In this document: piece after piece, positions 1 through 12,312 of the stretch | How the letters are laid out: the number at the start of each line of letters is the position of its first letter | Numbering within the stretch: the first letter of the stretch is position 1 | Assembly (NCBI GenBank): GCA_963812755.1 | Contig: CAWEWK010000005.1 | Location: 498,432-562,431 of the forward strand | DNA length: 64,000 nucleotides | From: an uncultured Gemmatimonadales bacterium | Lineage (GTDB): Bacteria > Gemmatimonadota > Gemmatimonadetes > Gemmatimonadales > GWC2-71-9 | Reading direction: 5' to 3' | Program-made: the position numbers and the translations under genes | Notes under the pieces: generated by a model | Database searches by the model: none | Told to the model about the DNA's origin: nothing | Seen by the model: the letters and a program-made list of their open reading frames with translations, nothing else

Positions 1-1
1 T

Positions 2-1066
2 GCGGTGGGCACCCCGCCCGGCGAAGACGGCTCGGCCGACCTGCAACACGTGCTCGCGGTGGCCCGAGAGATCGGCCGCAACATGAACGAGCCGAAGATC
101 GTGGTGACCAAGTCCACCGTACCGGTGGGTACCGCCGAAAAGGTCCGGACCGCGGTACGGGGGGAGACCAAGACACCGTTCGCGGTCTGCTCCAATCCGG
201 AATTCCTCAAGGAAGGCGCCGCGATCGAAGACTTCATGAAGCCCGATCGAGTGGTCATCGGGGTGGACGACGAAGAGGCCAAGTCGGTCATGGGTGAGCT
301 CTACGCGCCGTTCACCCGCCAGGGCGGCAATCGGATCCTGTTCATGGACATCGCGTCGGCCGAGGTCACCAAGTATGCCGCCAACGCCATGCTCGCCACC
401 CGTATCTCCTTCATGAACCAGATGGCGCTGTTCTGCGAGCTGGTCGGCGCAGACGTCAACAACGTCCGCCTCGGCATCGGATCCGACCAGCGGATCGGCC
501 GGGCATTCCTCTATCCTGGTCCCGGATACGGTGGGTCCTGCTTTCCCAAGGACGTAAAGGCGCTGATCCATACCGCCGACACCCTGGGGCTCTCCCTCGA
601 CGTGCTCAAGTCGGTCGAGGCGGTGAACGAATGTCAGAAGCTGGTAGTGCTTCAGAAGTTGCTGCGCTACCTGGGGCAGGATCTGAGTGGGAAGATCGTC
701 GGGCTATGGGGACTGGCCTTCAAGGCCGAAACCGACGACATGCGGGAGAGTCCGACCATTCCCCTCATCGAGGGGCTGCTCTCCGCCGGTGCGCGAGTGC
801 AAACCCACGACCCCAAGGCCACCGACTCGGCCCGCCACATCTTCGGCGACCGGGTGATGTACGCTGCCGACCCTTACAGCGCCGCTCACGGTGCCGACGC
901 CCTCGTGGTCATGACCGAGTGGCTGCTCTACCGTAATCCCGACTTCGAGCGGGTGCGCCGTCTCCTGCGGCGGCCGCTGCTGATCGACGGGCGCAATCTC
1001 TACGAGCCCGAGCGAATGGCGGTGCTGGGCTTCGAGTATCACGGTATCGGGCGGGGCCGCCGGTGA
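2..1066 (+). CDS. ugd: UDP-glucose 6-dehydrogenase, 5' end outside window
   Basis: The frame is open to the window edge. Motifs NPEFLKEGAAIEDF and GGSCFPKDV (catalytic Cys) are present. The N-terminal Rossmann part is missing. Confidence 0.9.
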   Translation, partial: AVGTPPGEDGSADLQHVLAVAREIGRNMNEPKIVVTKSTVPVGTAEKVRTAVRGETKTPFAVCSNPEFLKEGAAIEDFMKPDRVVIGVDDEEAKSVMGELYAPFTRQGGNRILFMDIASAEVTKYAANAMLATRISFMNQMALFCELVGADVNNVRLGIGSDQRIGRAFLYPGPGYGGSCFPKDVKALIHTADTLGLSLDVLKSVEAVNECQKLVVLQKLLRYLGQDLSGKIVGLWGLAFKAETDDMRESPTIPLIEGLLSAGARVQTHDPKATDSARHIFGDRVMYAADPYSAAHGADALVVMTEWLLYRNPDFERVRRLLRRPLLIDGRNLYEPERMAVLGFEYHGIGRGRR

Positions 1067-2031
1067 CCCGTGTCCTCGTCACCGGAGCGGCCGGATTCAT
1101 CGGCTCGCACCTGGTGGAGGCGCTGGCCGGCCGGGGGGACGAAGTGGTGGGAATCGACAACTTCGATCCCTTCTACCCCCGGGCAATGAAGGAGCGGAAC
1201 CTGGCCGAGATGGGGCCGCTCCACGGCTTCACGTTCCGCGAGCAGGACATGCTCGATGCGACGGCCCTCGAAAAGCTGCTCACTCCCGAAACGGTCGTGG
1301 TCCACCTGGCCGCTAAAGCCGGGGTGCGTCCTTCCTTGGCCGATCCGGTTGGGTATGCCCAAGCCAATGTCACGGGGACCGCCGCGGTGCTGGAGGCGGC
1401 ACGCCGGGCCGGTGTGACCCGGATTCTCTTCGGGTCGTCCTCCTCGGTATACGGTGACAGCACGCCGGCGCCATTTCGGGAGGACGCGATGGCAGTCGAG
1501 CCGGTGTCTCCCTATGCGGCCACTAAGCGCGGCGCCGAGCTGTTGCTTCGGGCGGTGGCGCCGATTTTCGGCTTCCGGGCCGCCAGTCTTCGATTCTTCA
1601 CGGTGTATGGGCCGCGCCAGCGGCCCGATCTCGCGATCCACGCCTTCACCCGGCGGATGACCGAGGGCCGCACCCTGACCCTGTTCGGCGACGGCACCCA
1701 GGCACGGGACTATACCTATTGCGATGACATCATCGCGGGAGTCCTCGCGGCGTTGGCCTGGAGCGAACAGGCGCCCATCGGCGTCGAAGCATTCAACCTG
1801 GGAGGCAACCGCTCGGTGCGGACCGGTGACATGGTCGCGGAGATCGGCCGGGCGTTGGACCTGAAGCCACGAGTGGAATGGGCCCCGATGCAGCCGGGCG
1901 ATGTGCAGCAGACGTCGGCGGACCTGAGCAAGTCGGGGGCAATCCTGGGGTACGCGCCCAGGACCCCGTTTCCCGAGGGCGTGCGGCGCTTCGTAGCCTG
2001 GTTCCGGGAGGCCTATGGCCGGGCAGCCTGA
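1063..2031 (+). CDS. NAD-dependent epimerase/dehydratase (UDP-glucuronate 4-epimerase-like)
   Basis: N-terminal VLVTGAAGFIGSH Rossmann motif and a YAATK catalytic YxxxK. GTGA start/stop overlap with ugd. Confidence 0.8.
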   Translation: MTRVLVTGAAGFIGSHLVEALAGRGDEVVGIDNFDPFYPRAMKERNLAEMGPLHGFTFREQDMLDATALEKLLTPETVVVHLAAKAGVRPSLADPVGYAQANVTGTAAVLEAARRAGVTRILFGSSSSVYGDSTPAPFREDAMAVEPVSPYAATKRGAELLLRAVAPIFGFRAASLRFFTVYGPRQRPDLAIHAFTRRMTEGRTLTLFGDGTQARDYTYCDDIIAGVLAALAWSEQAPIGVEAFNLGGNRSVRTGDMVAEIGRALDLKPRVEWAPMQPGDVQQTSADLSKSGAILGYAPRTPFPEGVRRFVAWFREAYGRAA

Positions 2032-2722
2032 GCGCCTGCTGGCGCGGGCCCGCGAGCGGTTTACGGTGCAGGACTACTACGGGGCCGTGCACCTGTTGGA
2101 GGAAATCGTCGAGTCGGGCCGGTCCTTCGCCGACGTGCATCATCTGATGGGCGTGTCCCTTTCTCTCCTGGGCCAGCACGAACGGGCGCTGGGGGAATTC
2201 CAGCGGGCGCTGCAGCTCAACCCCAGATACCTCGAGGCTCTCATCCACCAAGGCCTGGTCCTGAACGAGCTGGGAAGGGAAGCCGAGGCCGAAGAATCCT
2301 TCCGCCGTGCCGCCGCGAGTGTAGCTCCGGCGACCAATGGCCTACCGGCACCGGTTGCCGCGCGCATGGCCAACCAGCATGCCGAGCTGGCCGAGGAGTA
2401 CGCCGAGGCGGGTGCGCTGGATTTCGCGATCGAAGAGTACGAGCGGGCCCTCGAGTTGGGGCCCGAGTATCACGATCTGCGCTACCGGATGGCCCGGCTC
2501 CTGCTCGAAGCGGGGCGCTCGCTGGAAGCCCGAGAAGCGCTGGAGGAAGTGATTCAGGCTCGGCCCAATTTCGTCGATGCGGAAGCCGCGCTCGGGCTCG
2601 CGCACTACCTCTCGGGAGACGGCATCGGTGCGCGGGACGTATGGAAAGCCTGCCTCGCCCGCCGGCCGGAGAACGCCAGGGTCGAGGCCTACCTGGCCAT
2701 GCTGGGCCGGGTGGGTCGGTGA
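2015..2722 (+). CDS. TPR repeat protein
   Basis: Repeated 34-aa TPR-like units (ALGEFQRALQLNPRYLEA, AIEEYERALELGPEY, ALEEVIQARPNF). Confidence 0.7.
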   Translation: MAGQPERLLARARERFTVQDYYGAVHLLEEIVESGRSFADVHHLMGVSLSLLGQHERALGEFQRALQLNPRYLEALIHQGLVLNELGREAEAEESFRRAAASVAPATNGLPAPVAARMANQHAELAEEYAEAGALDFAIEEYERALELGPEYHDLRYRMARLLLEAGRSLEAREALEEVIQARPNFVDAEAALGLAHYLSGDGIGARDVWKACLARRPENARVEAYLAMLGRVGR

Positions 2723-3648
2723 GCCGGTCGGTTCGACCAAACCGGTATTGGATTCTCATCTCTGCCTGCGTGGTCACCCAGGGATGTCGCTCGGGCGACG
2801 ATCGCGAGCGGCGGGGCGATCGGGCGTATGGCCAGGCGCAGTACGCCCAGGCCCTGGCCGAGTACCGGTCGGTGCTGGGTGGTAAGTCGGAGCCGCGAAT
2901 CTGGGCCAAGACATCCGCGGCGGCACTTCACGCCGGTGAGCTCCAGCAAGCGGTCGATGGATACCTTCGCCTCGCCTCGGAGGATCCAACCCGGGCCTCG
3001 GAGGCGGCGGAAGGCTTGGAGTCGGTCGCACGGGCGGCGGAACGGCGGGCCGACATGGCGGTGCTTCGGCAGGCGGTGCGAGGCCTCCAGGCGATCGCGC
3101 CGGACCGGTCCCCCGGTCGCTACGCGCTGTTGCTGGCTCAGCAGCCGGATCTGGACAACGGCGATCTGGTGCAGCTGTTGCCCGGCGCGATCGCCACCGC
3201 CCCGGATCCCAAAGCCGTGGACTCACTCTTGGCCCTCTACGGTACCGCGCTCCAGGCCACGGCCGGGTGCGGACAAGCCTTGCCCCAGTTTCGGGCGATC
3301 CTGCGGCGCACTCAGGACACCGTGGTCCAGGCCCGCATGCGGGCGCGGGCTGCCGACTGCGCCTGGACCCTCGGCCGAAGGGCCGAGTCGTCCAGAGACT
3401 TCGGCACCGCCGCGCTCTGGTTTGCGGAGGCAGCCCGTATGGACTCCACGTCGGCCACCGGCCGGAGGGCGCTCCTGGCCTACGGCGACAGCCGGGTCCG
3501 CGAGGGAGACACCCTTGCGGCGGCCTTGGCCTTTCAAGCCGTCGTGACCGGCACCGATGCCGACTCTGCCGGGCAAGTCGCCAAGGTGAAACTGGCGGCG
3601 CTCGGGCTGGTTCCGTCGAACAACTTGCCTTCGGCCGGCCAACCGTGA
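2719..3648 (+). CDS. hypothetical lipoprotein
   Basis: An in-frame GTG at 2719 overlaps the upstream stop (GTGA). N-terminal WILISAC looks like a lipobox. The rest is Ala/Leu-rich and helical, with no recognisable family. Confidence 0.5.
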   Translation: MSRSVRPNRYWILISACVVTQGCRSGDDRERRGDRAYGQAQYAQALAEYRSVLGGKSEPRIWAKTSAAALHAGELQQAVDGYLRLASEDPTRASEAAEGLESVARAAERRADMAVLRQAVRGLQAIAPDRSPGRYALLLAQQPDLDNGDLVQLLPGAIATAPDPKAVDSLLALYGTALQATAGCGQALPQFRAILRRTQDTVVQARMRARAADCAWTLGRRAESSRDFGTAALWFAEAARMDSTSATGRRALLAYGDSRVREGDTLAAALAFQAVVTGTDADSAGQVAKVKLAALGLVPSNNLPSAGQP

Positions 3649-4442
3649 TGCCCCGCCTCTTACCTCCGTTGCTATTGCCGGTTGTGGCCGCCGGCCTCTT
3701 CGGCTGCGGGGCGGGCGCATACCGACCGGATCAACGACCCACACCGGAGGCACGGGCCGAAGGTGCGTCGGCCGCCACGGTGGATTCCCTCTGGCGGCGC
3801 GCCGAGGACCGGGTGCGCCACGGGAAGTGGGGCGACGGAATCAAGTTGCTGGAACGCGTGCTGCTGGAATTTTCCCCGGGAGACAACCGGATCCCCCAGG
3901 CGCGCTACTACCTGGGCGAAGCTCAGTTCGCCATTGGTAGCCACCTGGTCGCGGCGCGGGAATTCCGCAAAGTCTCGGACGAGACCCCGAATGACCCGCT
4001 CGCGCCGGAAGCGCTGCTTCGGGTGGGTGACGTCTACGCCGATCTGTGGCGCCGGCCCGAGCTGGATCCGTCTTACGGCCAGACCGCGTTGGCGACCTAC
4101 CAGGAGCTGCTCAACCGCTATCCCGGCGGGTCGGCCGCGCAGCGGGCACAAGCCAGAATCACCGAGCTTCAGGAGCAGTTCGCCTATAAGGAGTACAAGG
4201 CGGCGCTGTTCTACTTCCGGCTCAAGGCCTACGACTCCGCGATCCTCTACCTCAAGGATCTCGTGGCCACGTACCCGCGGGCTTCGGTGGCCCCCCAGGC
4301 ACTGGTGAAGCTGGTTCAGGCGTACAAGACCCTGGGATACCGCGAGGACGTGAAGGAGACCTGCGGATACATTCGGCGGTTCCACGCCGGCGCCGAGGGT
4401 GTGCGGGAGGCATGTCCGCCGGACTCCAGCGAGGCGTCTTGA
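3648..4442 (+). CDS. bamD: outer membrane protein assembly factor BamD
   Basis: ATG 3648 overlaps the upstream TGA. Lipoprotein signal [13 protein letters not shown]. BamD-like TPR body ([51 protein letters not shown]). Confidence 0.8.
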   Translation: MPRLLPPLLLPVVAAGLFGCGAGAYRPDQRPTPEARAEGASAATVDSLWRRAEDRVRHGKWGDGIKLLERVLLEFSPGDNRIPQARYYLGEAQFAIGSHLVAAREFRKVSDETPNDPLAPEALLRVGDVYADLWRRPELDPSYGQTALATYQELLNRYPGGSAAQRAQARITELQEQFAYKEYKAALFYFRLKAYDSAILYLKDLVATYPRASVAPQALVKLVQAYKTLGYREDVKETCGYIRRFHAGAEGVREACPPDSSEAS

Positions 4443-5016
4443 AGGGAACGGTTGGGCTCCTCGGCGGTTCCTTCGATCCGGTTCATCACGGGCATCTCAT
4501 CGTCGGCCAGGCCGCTGCCGAAATTCTCGGCCTGGCGGCGCTGCGTTTTGTGCCCGCGCGGGAGCAGCCCTTCAAGCAGGGCCGCCATGGCGCAACGCCC
4601 GGCGACCGAGTCGCCATGCTGGAGCTCGCGATCAGCGGACATCCCGGGTTTTCGCTGGAGCGCGCAGAGCTGGAGCGACAGGCGCCGTCCTACACGGTCG
4701 ATACGCTCCGGATGCTCCGCGAGCGCGAGCCCGAGGTCGACCTGACCTTGCTGCTGGGTGCCGACGCGGCGGCGGAGCTGGAACAATGGTACCAGGCGGC
4801 GGAGATCCCCCGCCTGGCCCGAGTCGTCGTGTTTGCCCGGCCGGGCTCGCCGGTTCCCGACTCGTCCATGATCAGCCGAATCATTCTGGTGCCCGCGGTG
4901 GATATCTCGGCCACCGACGTGCGGCGCAGGGTGCGTGAGGGCCGCTCGATTCGCTACCTGGTACCCGACGCCGTCCGGGAGTATATCGCCAAGCACCGGT
5001 TATATTTGGACCCAGA

Positions 5017-5020
<4 letters not shown>
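4412..5020 (+). CDS. nadD: nicotinate-nucleotide adenylyltransferase
   Basis: [12 protein letters not shown] nucleotidyltransferase motif and ISATDVR near the C-terminus. An alternative TTG start at 4439 would give a 4-nt overlap with bamD. Confidence 0.85.
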
Positions 5021-8172
<3,152 letters not shown>

Positions 8173-8548
8173 CCTCCTACCAGACGTACGCGTTCCGGCT
8201 CGGCTGAGACCCACCCAGCACGCTCGCCGATGAGAGGGGGCATCCTTCTCGATCACCAGGTCGATCTGCCCCGCCGGCTCGCGGCCGAACCGGACCCACC
8301 CAATAACCCCGACCGCGATCTCGAGTCACCAGAAAGAAATTCAGCCCGGATACGCAGCGGGTTGCCCCTCACTACTCGCTCACTCGAGACTCATACCTCA
8401 GGAACCCGACCGGGCATGTTTGCCGGTGCGTTCATCCGGTAGATTCTGCGTGAGCGCGAAGGTACCGCGCCGGGCTCACCGCTACTGCCGAGGCGCCACC
8501 CTGAACGCGACGTGAACCACTATCCCAGAGAGTTGCACGGAGGTAGCT

Positions 8549-9025
8549 ATGTCTCATATCACGCGGAACGGGGCGCCGCTGGTGGCGATCGCGGCGCTCG
8601 CCGGTGCCTGTGCAGGGTCCGACAAATCGCGGCAGGCAGGAGCCGACAGCGCGGCCGCCGACTCAGCGGCGATGACAGGGTCCGCGGCCGGCTCGGCCCT
8701 CAAGGTTTCGAATGTGATGATCGGGCGGCGGCTCGGGGCAGGGAACCGCATCATAGAGCCGACGTTCGAGTTCACCCCCAGGGAAACCGTCTACGTCTCG
8801 GTCGGAACCCAGGGGGGCGGAGGAGGGTCCGGTACCCTGACCGCGGGTTGGCGCTCGCAGAGCGGCGAAATCCTGCAGCAATCGTCCGAACCGGTTCGGC
8901 CGGCCGGGGAGAACACGGTTTTCCAGCTGTCGCAGCCCAAGGGATTCAAGCCGGGGACCTACAAGGTGGTCCTCTTCCTGGAGAATGATTCGGCCGACAC
9001 CAAGGTGTTCGTGGTGCGGAAATAG
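8549..9025 (+). CDS. small secreted/lipoprotein, paralogue of 15410 and 15886 genes
   Basis: GGAGG lies 8 nt upstream of the ATG. Signal peptide ends in LAGAC. The C-terminal ~105 aa align by eye with the two genes at 15410 and 15886 (IIEPTFEF, YVSVGT, GTYKVV..., K.F.V.K). Confidence 0.65.
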   Translation: MSHITRNGAPLVAIAALAGACAGSDKSRQAGADSAAADSAAMTGSAAGSALKVSNVMIGRRLGAGNRIIEPTFEFTPRETVYVSVGTQGGGGGSGTLTAGWRSQSGEILQQSSEPVRPAGENTVFQLSQPKGFKPGTYKVVLFLENDSADTKVFVVRK

Positions 9026-9044
9026 GGGAACAGGAAGTCGCAAA

Positions 9045-9087
9045 GCGAAGAGAGCGAACAGGTCGGATTGGCCTGTCGCCCTCTTGC
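9045..9087. terminator. imperfect hairpin between convergent genes
   Basis: GCGAAGAGAGCGAACAGG - 9-nt loop - CCTGTCGCCCTCTTGC followed by TGTTT. It lies between the 3' ends of the 8549(+) and 9586(-) genes. Confidence 0.4.
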
Positions 9088-9124
9088 TGTTTCCACGACT
9101 GCCACCGCGGCTACGATCGGTCGA

Positions 9125-9586
9125 TCACTGCTTCCCGGGTCCACCCGGCGGCGCGTCGTTGCAGTTCGAAAGCTTCTCGGCGCTAGGATTGCCGGCCGCA
9201 GCCAAGTTGCCGCACGGCCCCAGCCCACCGCGGTCGATCACCTTCACCGAGGCAACCGCTCGGTGTCCCTCGAACCAGGCGGTGATCTGAGCTGCGCCAT
9301 TGCCCTGTGCCGTCACCACGCCACCCGCCGTGACGGTGGCTACCGCCGCATCCGTGCTGGACCACAGCATGTCGCCCGCAGTAAGGGTGCGGTCCTCTGC
9401 CCCTTGGCTGGTCACATTGAGCTGCAGCTGGCGTCCGGGCTGGAGTGTCGCCGAGCTGGGATGGACCACGAGAAGGAAGGTGCGGTCGTCACTCAAGTCG
9501 GTGGGTGACGAGTCGCAAGCGGCAACTAGCGCGGTCACCGCGCACAGCGCGAGCCGAGAAAGCTGAATCGGGAAGTGCGCACGCAT
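9125..9586 (-). CDS. lipoprotein with bacterial Ig-like (Big_2-type) domain
   Basis: Signal plus lipobox (ALVAAC). The body resembles Big_2 (LQPGRQLQLNVT..., WSSTDAAVATVTAGGVVTAQGNGAAQITA). Confidence 0.65.
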   Translation of the reverse strand: MRAHFPIQLSRLALCAVTALVAACDSSPTDLSDDRTFLLVVHPSSATLQPGRQLQLNVTSQGAEDRTLTAGDMLWSSTDAAVATVTAGGVVTAQGNGAAQITAWFEGHRAVASVKVIDRGGLGPCGNLAAAGNPSAEKLSNCNDAPPGGPGKQ

Positions 9587-9710
9587 TGGAGCCTCCGGGG
9601 TGTACCGTGGGATTGCCGTTTCAATTCACGCGCTACAATACTTTCCGGGGCTCACCCGCCACTCACGGCTTCCTCATCCCAAGCTCATTCTCCGCCGGGC
9701 TCGCGGCCGC

Positions 9711-9739
9711 TTGCCCGGTCCTTCGTGGCGGCCTACAAT
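9711..9739 (+). promoter_or_regulatory. candidate sigma70-type promoter for the kinase gene
   Basis: TTGCCC (9711-9716), a 17-nt spacer, then TACAAT (9734-9739), upstream of ATG 9793 and ATG 9833. Confidence 0.35.
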
Positions 9740-9832
9740 AGGATTTGGGGACCATATGCCCCTCTCCTCACGGCCTCTCTTCTAGAAAGCACATGTACCG
9801 GCTGGTGACCTTCGGCGGGCTCAGCGTGGCAG

Positions 9833-11341
9833 ATGCAGGACGGGTCTTCGGTCTCGACCCCCCGTCTGCGGCTTGCTCTGCTCGCGCTCCTGGCGACGGC
9901 AGGATCGCGCGGACTCACCCGGGACAAAGTGGTCGCGTATCTGTGGCCTGACAGTCCCGATGAGAATGCGCGCCACGCTCTGGAGCAGCTGCTCTATTCC
10001 ATGCGACGTCAGGCCCCGAAGGACCTAGTGAGCGGGGCCGATCCCCTGCGTCTCAACTCCGCCGTGATCGGGTCGGACGTAGCCGAGTTCGAGAAGGCGA
10101 TTGCGGAGGGGAAGCTGGCCGACGCCGCGGCCCTGTATCGCGGCCCGTTTCTGGACGGATTCTTTGTCAGCGACGCGGCGGAGTTCGAGGCCTGGGCCGA
10201 GTCCGAGCGGACTCGGTTGGCGAGGGAGCACGCTCACGTCCTGTACCAGCTGGCAAAGGCGGCGGGATCCAGCGGACATCACACCGTGGAAATCGAGTGC
10301 TGGCGGAAGCTCAGCGCGGTGGACCCGCTGAGCGAGCGGGGAGCTACCGGCCTGGCTCGTGCTCTGGCCTCGGCCGGCGACTGGACTGGAGCGCTCCAAC
10401 ATTCGAAGGCCTACGATGCGTTGGTCCGCCGTGAGCTGGGAGAAGAGCGTTCACATCTCACCGCCTTGGTCGAGCAGTTGCGGGCGGAGAAAGCAGCGGC
10501 TCCCAGTGCCAGTCCATCGGTGGCCGCGCGCTATACGATCATTCGGGAGCTTGCCAAGGGCTCGATGGCCACGGTCTATCTGGCCCGTGACCTCAAGCTC
10601 AATCGGGCGGTCGCCCTCAAGCTGCTTCGCCCGGAGCTCGCCGCCTCAACCGCCAACGAGCGGTTCCATCGGGAAATCGCCATCCTCGCGGGGCTCCATC
10701 ATCCGCACATTCTTCAGATTCACGACTCGGGACTGATGCAAGTGCCCGGCCGCCCGCCGGCACCTTACTACGTCATGCCCTACGTAGAGGGCGAGTCACT
10801 GCGGGCGCGGCTTGCCAGGGAGATCCAGCTGCCCCTGGAGGTCGCGCTACGCATTGCTGGCCAAGTGGCTGACGCGTTGGCCTACGCGCACACGCGCGGG
10901 ATCGTCCACCGGGATATCAAGCCGGACAACATCCTGCTGGATGTAGGGCACTCGCTGGTGGCGGACTTCGGGATCGCTCGGGCGCTCGACCTGGCAGGGG
11001 GCGAGAATCTGTCGCTCTCGGGAGTGAGATTGGGGACTCCCGGGTACATGAGCCCGGAGCAGGCGGCCGACAGCTCGCCGATCGATGGGCGGAGCGACAT
11101 CTATAGCCTGGGCTGTGTGCTGTATGAGATGCTGTCGGGAGAACCGCCGTTCGGCGGCGCGACCAGCCAGGCGGTTCTCGCGCGCCACGCGGCGGATCCG
11201 GTGCCATCATTGCGGACGGTTCGGGCCGAAGTCCCGCCCTGGCTCGAGGCGGTAGTGGGCAAAGCGCTGGCCAAGTCCCCCACCGACCGCTTTCCCGACG
11301 CAGAGCACTTCGCGGCGGCGCTGCAGGGGGAGCTGCCCTGA
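9833..11341 (+). CDS. SARP/BTAD-type regulator domain fused to Ser/Thr protein kinase
   Basis: N-terminal winged-helix-like LRLALLALLATAGSRGLTRDKVVAYLWPD, then a BTAD-like helical region, then a Hanks kinase (AVALKLL, HRDIKPDNILL, DFGIAR, GTPGYMSPE). The true start is probably ATG 9793 in another frame (see findings). Confidence 0.85.
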   Translation: MQDGSSVSTPRLRLALLALLATAGSRGLTRDKVVAYLWPDSPDENARHALEQLLYSMRRQAPKDLVSGADPLRLNSAVIGSDVAEFEKAIAEGKLADAAALYRGPFLDGFFVSDAAEFEAWAESERTRLAREHAHVLYQLAKAAGSSGHHTVEIECWRKLSAVDPLSERGATGLARALASAGDWTGALQHSKAYDALVRRELGEERSHLTALVEQLRAEKAAAPSASPSVAARYTIIRELAKGSMATVYLARDLKLNRAVALKLLRPELAASTANERFHREIAILAGLHHPHILQIHDSGLMQVPGRPPAPYYVMPYVEGESLRARLAREIQLPLEVALRIAGQVADALAYAHTRGIVHRDIKPDNILLDVGHSLVADFGIARALDLAGGENLSLSGVRLGTPGYMSPEQAADSSPIDGRSDIYSLGCVLYEMLSGEPPFGGATSQAVLARHAADPVPSLRTVRAEVPPWLEAVVGKALAKSPTDRFPDAEHFAAALQGELP

Positions 11342-11577
11342 TGGGGTACATTGGCGTGCCAAGGGTGGCCCGAAGCCGCAGGAGGACGTCGGACAGGTTA
11401 CGGCTTTGCGAGGGATGGTTGAAGATGGGGATGCTACAGTGACTGGCTAGTCGAGCATGGCTGCTCCAGGCTGGCAACCCGGCCCTTCAGCCATAACTTC
11501 GTCCTCCCTGCATAACTTCTGTGAATACCGCACGATAATGGCACCTGCCGGGGGCTTCCGGTGTGTAGTTTTTCGGT

Positions 11578-12261
11578 ATGCCGGCTCCCCTCGCCACCCT
11601 CCCCGACGCCGACCGCCCCCGCGAGCGCCTCTGGGCTCTGGGCCCCTCCGCGTTGACGACTGCCGAACTTCTCGCCATCCTCATAGGAACCGGCAGGGGA
11701 GGGCAGAGCGTCCTCGACGTGGCCGGCCATCTCCTGGCGGTGAGCCACGGCTCTTTGCGCCGCTTGGCGCAACGGCCTTCCGCAGAGCTGCTCCGGGCGG
11801 AGGGAATCGGACCGGCCAAGGCTGGCCGTCTCCTTGCTGCATTCGAGCTGGGTGGCCGCTTGGCCCGCGAGGGGCGTCCCCAGATCCCCCGGATCCGGGA
11901 ACCAGAGGATGTAGTCCGCCTGTTTCAGGGACGACTGCGCGACCTCCAGGTGGAAGAGTTCCATCTCCTCGCGCTGGACAGCCAGAGCCAGGTGTTGCGC
12001 GAGGTGTTGGTTACCCGCGGCCTTCTCAACAGCTCGTTGGTACATCCTCGGGAGGTGTTTCGCGCCGCGATCGTGGAGGCCGCGGCGGGAATCATCGTCG
12101 TGCATAATCACCCGAGTGGCGATCCGACGCCCTCGGCCGAGGACCGGGCGGTCACCCGGCAGCTGGTCGAGGCGGGACGGCTGCTGGACCTGCCCCTGTA
12201 TGACCACGTGATCATCGCGGGAGATCGTTTCGTGAGCTTCGCAACCACCGGATTGCTGTGA
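11578..12261 (+). CDS. radC: RadC-family JAB-domain protein
   Basis: N-terminal RPRERL...ELLAILIGTG and C-terminal HNHPSGDPTPSAEDRAVTRQL. Confidence 0.9.
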   Translation: MPAPLATLPDADRPRERLWALGPSALTTAELLAILIGTGRGGQSVLDVAGHLLAVSHGSLRRLAQRPSAELLRAEGIGPAKAGRLLAAFELGGRLAREGRPQIPRIREPEDVVRLFQGRLRDLQVEEFHLLALDSQSQVLREVLVTRGLLNSSLVHPREVFRAAIVEAAAGIIVVHNHPSGDPTPSAEDRAVTRQLVEAGRLLDLPLYDHVIIAGDRFVSFATTGLL

Positions 12262-12312
12262 CCGGAACCCTGCCCGACCTGGCACCCGACCTGAGCGCCG
12301 TGCTCGAGCGCC

